Of a stretch of DNA of 58,950 nt, positions 56,784-58,950 are shown one piece after another. The position numbers and the translations under genes were made by a program. Each line of letters begins with the position of its first letter. The stretch's first letter is position 1. The notes beneath the pieces are model-generated. The model saw nothing but the letters and a program-made list of their open reading frames with translations. It was not told the origin of the DNA and searched no databases. The DNA is taken from the NCBI GenBank assembly GCA_964589815.1, contig CAZPUR010000004.1:1-58950 (forward strand). The letters run 5' to 3'. Source of the DNA: an uncultured Pseudomonadales bacterium (GTDB lineage Bacteria > Patescibacteriota > Microgenomatia > UBA1400).

Positions 56784-56997
56784 GGGTCCATAATAGCTTG
56801 AGCCAGAGGCTCACCGTCCTCTGGACGGCAGTGGTAGAGCGTTCGGTTCACATCCGAAAGGCCCCCTGGTTCAAATCCAGGCACGGTCACTAGCTTTGGC
56901 AGGCGGGTCCGAAAGGTCAGAGGTTCGATACCTCTCGAGTCCACAAGTCCAGTCTGGCGGGTCGTAGGGGTTGATGGTTCAAGTCCATCTGGACCCA
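56784..56997 (+). other. Composite tRNA-Val relic: interrupted 5' half plus three stacked 3' halves
   Basis: gggtcca, D-arm with palindrome, ttcgg-ttCACat-ccgaa, then T-arms at 56865, 56919 and 56973; final tggaccc-a pairs with the 5' gggtcca. Confidence 0.75.
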
Positions 56998-57011
56998 CAA
57001 ATTAAATAAAC

Positions 57012-57377
57012 TTGCCCAGAAAAAGGTTGATTATATTTGTGAGAGAGAAAGTAGGAAAAAAAAGTAGGGGATGGCTTGTAGGACAGCCAGGCTATGTTGC
57101 TGTTGCCAGAACTAAGGATGGTGAGATTAGAAGAGGTTTTCTTTGTCCCCAATTTACTGTTAACAATGCCCAAAGATATGCAGGGACCTCAGAGCACAAC
57201 TTAAGACGATGTGGTTTTTTAACTAATCTGAATGTGACTGATTTTAATCAAGGAATAGATTGTTTTATTGAAGCCTTAGGATTCCCAGCCAGCAGACTAG
57301 ATAAGGGGATAGAGGCTTTCCATGAGGCGGAATATGGATCAAGAGTAGATGTTCAAGGATTTGATATTGAAGATTAA
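57012..57377 (+). CDS. Hypothetical protein (start uncertain)
   Basis: 121-aa ORF; no family recognised. Confidence 0.45.
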   Translation: MPRKRLIIFVREKVGKKSRGWLVGQPGYVAVARTKDGEIRRGFLCPQFTVNNAQRYAGTSEHNLRRCGFLTNLNVTDFNQGIDCFIEALGFPASRLDKGIEAFHEAEYGSRVDVQGFDIED

Positions 57378-57500
57378 TGATAAACAGATTTTTCTGCTAT
57401 AATATCTTATAGTATATAACACTGTCTGTATTTTGTCGCGAGGGAGCGGGCATGATTTTTCCCTATTGGACATAAGAGTGATTTCTTGTAAACTTAAAAC

Positions 57501-57713
57501 ATGTCATTTTATGGGAATATAAAGAGGTCGGTAGCTAAGTCTGTGACTTTTAGGATTTTAGTGATACTGGCTGATGGCTTGATTATTTACGTCATTACCA
57601 AAAAAGTCCTTTTGGCTCTAGGCATAATAATTTTTTCAAACATATCTAGTACCATAATTTATTATCTTCACGAACGAGTTTGGCATAAGATCAAGTGGGG
57701 GAAGAGAAAGTAG
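57501..57713 (+). CDS. DUF2061-like small membrane protein
   Basis: RSVAKSVTFR..YYLHERVW..IKWG. Confidence 0.8.
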   Translation: MSFYGNIKRSVAKSVTFRILVILADGLIIYVITKKVLLALGIIIFSNISSTIIYYLHERVWHKIKWGKRK

Positions 57714-57848
57714 ATTAAGTTAATGTGCTTCTGGCGGTAATTTGATACTTAATCATAAATTATTTACATTTTTTATAGTACTCCTTGCTATTTATCTGAA
57801 AAGTAGCATATACTACAGTAATGTATTAGTACTTAGTAAGGAGCATTT

Positions 57849-58352
57849 ATGAGAAACTTTAACCCAGGTAATAGATCAAGAGACAGAAGAGATTTTCCCA
57901 GAAGGAGTTTTGGCGATAGAGATTCAAGAAGGCCTTCATTATATGATGCAGTTTGTGATGAATGCGGTAAAGATTGCCAAGTGCCTTTTAAGCCAAGCGG
58001 CAAGAAGCCAGTATATTGCAGTGATTGTTTTGAGAAAAAAGGCGGAAGCAATGGTAATAGATCAAGAGACAGAAGAGATTTTCCCAGAAGGAGTTTTGGC
58101 GATAGAGATTCAAGAAGGCCTTCGCAAAGCAATATAAATAATCGCAGCATTTCCCAGCTTGTAGAAAAAATTGAAATTCTAAATACTAGGCTTGATACAA
58201 TTATTGGCTTGCTATCGTCAGCCGGAGAGAAAAAACCAAAGTTAGTAGAGAATAAGACGAAAAAGAGCAAAAAATCAACAATCAAGAAAACAGGTAAAGC
58301 CATTCAAGTGTTAACGCCAGTCGAGAAAAAGATGCCTAAGAAAAAAAGCTAA
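57849..58352 (+). CDS. CxxC-x17-CxxC domain protein
   Basis: YDAVCDECGKDCQVPFKPSGKKPVYCSDCF; GGAG RBS; upstream ttgcta-N18-tatact. Confidence 0.85.
   Translation: MRNFNPGNRSRDRRDFPRRSFGDRDSRRPSLYDAVCDECGKDCQVPFKPSGKKPVYCSDCFEKKGGSNGNRSRDRRDFPRRSFGDRDSRRPSQSNINNRSISQLVEKIEILNTRLDTIIGLLSSAGEKKPKLVENKTKKSKKSTIKKTGKAIQVLTPVEKKMPKKKS
57867..58123 (+). repeat. Exact 71-bp direct repeat inside the CxxC gene
   Basis: 57867-57937 equals 58053-58123. Confidence 0.9.
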
Positions 58353-58546
58353 AAATTTTGAACTTTATCTAAAATCCGAATCAGGTAAAGCCTTTACTAA
58401 AGAAAGATAATTGTCGAGACACTCTGCCCCGTAGTAAACCTCATTTGAATAGGTGAAATTAAAGCTCAATATTCTTAATTTTAAGATAAATTAGTTTCAT
58501 GGGTGATATAATATGGGTTAAAGCTAAATTAATCTATCTCTGAACT

Positions 58547-58765
58547 ATGTCAATTTTAAGAGAAAAACTTCCAGATGGAACAATTATAGGATATTTTGAT
58601 GAGCAGATGTTTACCCAAAATGACTGGGCAGAACTCTTTAATGTGGGCGCTGTCACGGTTCAGCAGAAAATTCATCAAGCGAAAGCAGAGGTAATTGAGG
58701 TTTCAATGGGCAGGAGGAGATCACCCAAGAGGCTTACTCCTGTAGCTGATTTCCCATTATTATAG
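58547..58765 (+). CDS. Hypothetical protein
   Basis: 72-aa ORF; a -1 frame stays open from 58750 to the window end. Confidence 0.45.
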   Translation: MSILREKLPDGTIIGYFDEQMFTQNDWAELFNVGAVTVQQKIHQAKAEVIEVSMGRRRSPKRLTPVADFPLL

Positions 58766-58950
58766 AAGGAGTTGAACTCGAGACAGATGAAGTAGCGTTG
58801 AGGTTTGCTAACGAGAGACAAGAGCAAATGTGCCTGGGTTTAGAAGATGGGGTATTTTGGCGAGGAAAAGAGTGCCCATTTGGAATAGAATGTAGTCCAA
58901 GACAATCAGCAGCAAAGACAGATAATGGTTGGGTACCGGCAATTAGGCCA

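Noticed and set aside
56784-56997. Group I intron in a tRNA
   Set aside because: The inserts are only tens of nt, far too short for a group I core, and no conserved P/Q/R/S elements were seen
56714-57173. Minus-strand ORFs 56714-56998 and 56979-57173
   Set aside because: Shadow translations of tRNA-derived sequence and of the plus-strand ORF
57833-58303. Minus-strand 156-aa ORF with repeated peptide
   Set aside because: Antisense shadow of the CxxC-x17-CxxC gene; the repeat comes from the 71-bp duplication
58365-58500. Minus-strand frameshifted remnant (MKLIYLKIKNIEL / NFTYSNEVYYGAECLDNY)
   Set aside because: Too short and no recognisable family
57012-58950. Integrase-driven genomic island or prophage at tRNA-Val
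   Set aside because: No integrase, phage gene or distal att repeat within the window; cannot be excluded beyond the edge
1-58950. Alternative genetic code (TGA read-through)
   Set aside because: Conserved genes such as glmS, ftsA and murD end at TGA at expected lengths

Overview
AT-rich bacterial chromosomal segment using the standard code (TGA is a stop). Gene content (short RecO, alpha2-type GlyRS, DUF4012, PaaX/Cas2-fold protein) suggests a Patescibacteria/CPR genome, most like Microgenomates; this taxonomy is an inference. It contains a surface-glycan locus (1-16.5 kb), recO-glyQS, a nearly complete dcw/peptidoglycan cluster (20.3-50 kb, including a murL-murD2 epimerase pair, a split glmU and a FemABX-family gene), ileS with non-canonical GVHH/PMHKS motifs, rodA, rplU-rpmA-parB, lepB and a tRNA-Val locus. 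The most unusual layer is non-genic. Short GC-rich palindromes, 7-8-nt periodic repeats and REP-like hairpins occur between genes, in frame inside genes (including murB, murC, murL and ileS) and inside tRNA copies. Two small GIY-YIG nuclease genes sit at the densest sites: one is bracketed by inverted REP-like hairpins, the other is wedged between a tRNA-Val 5' fragment and an intact tRNA-Val, followed by stacked tRNA-Val 3' halves. I propose, as inference only, a GIY-YIG-associated micro-element system. No CRISPR array, integrase, transposase or rRNA was seen. All assignments are by eye from motifs; no searches were run.
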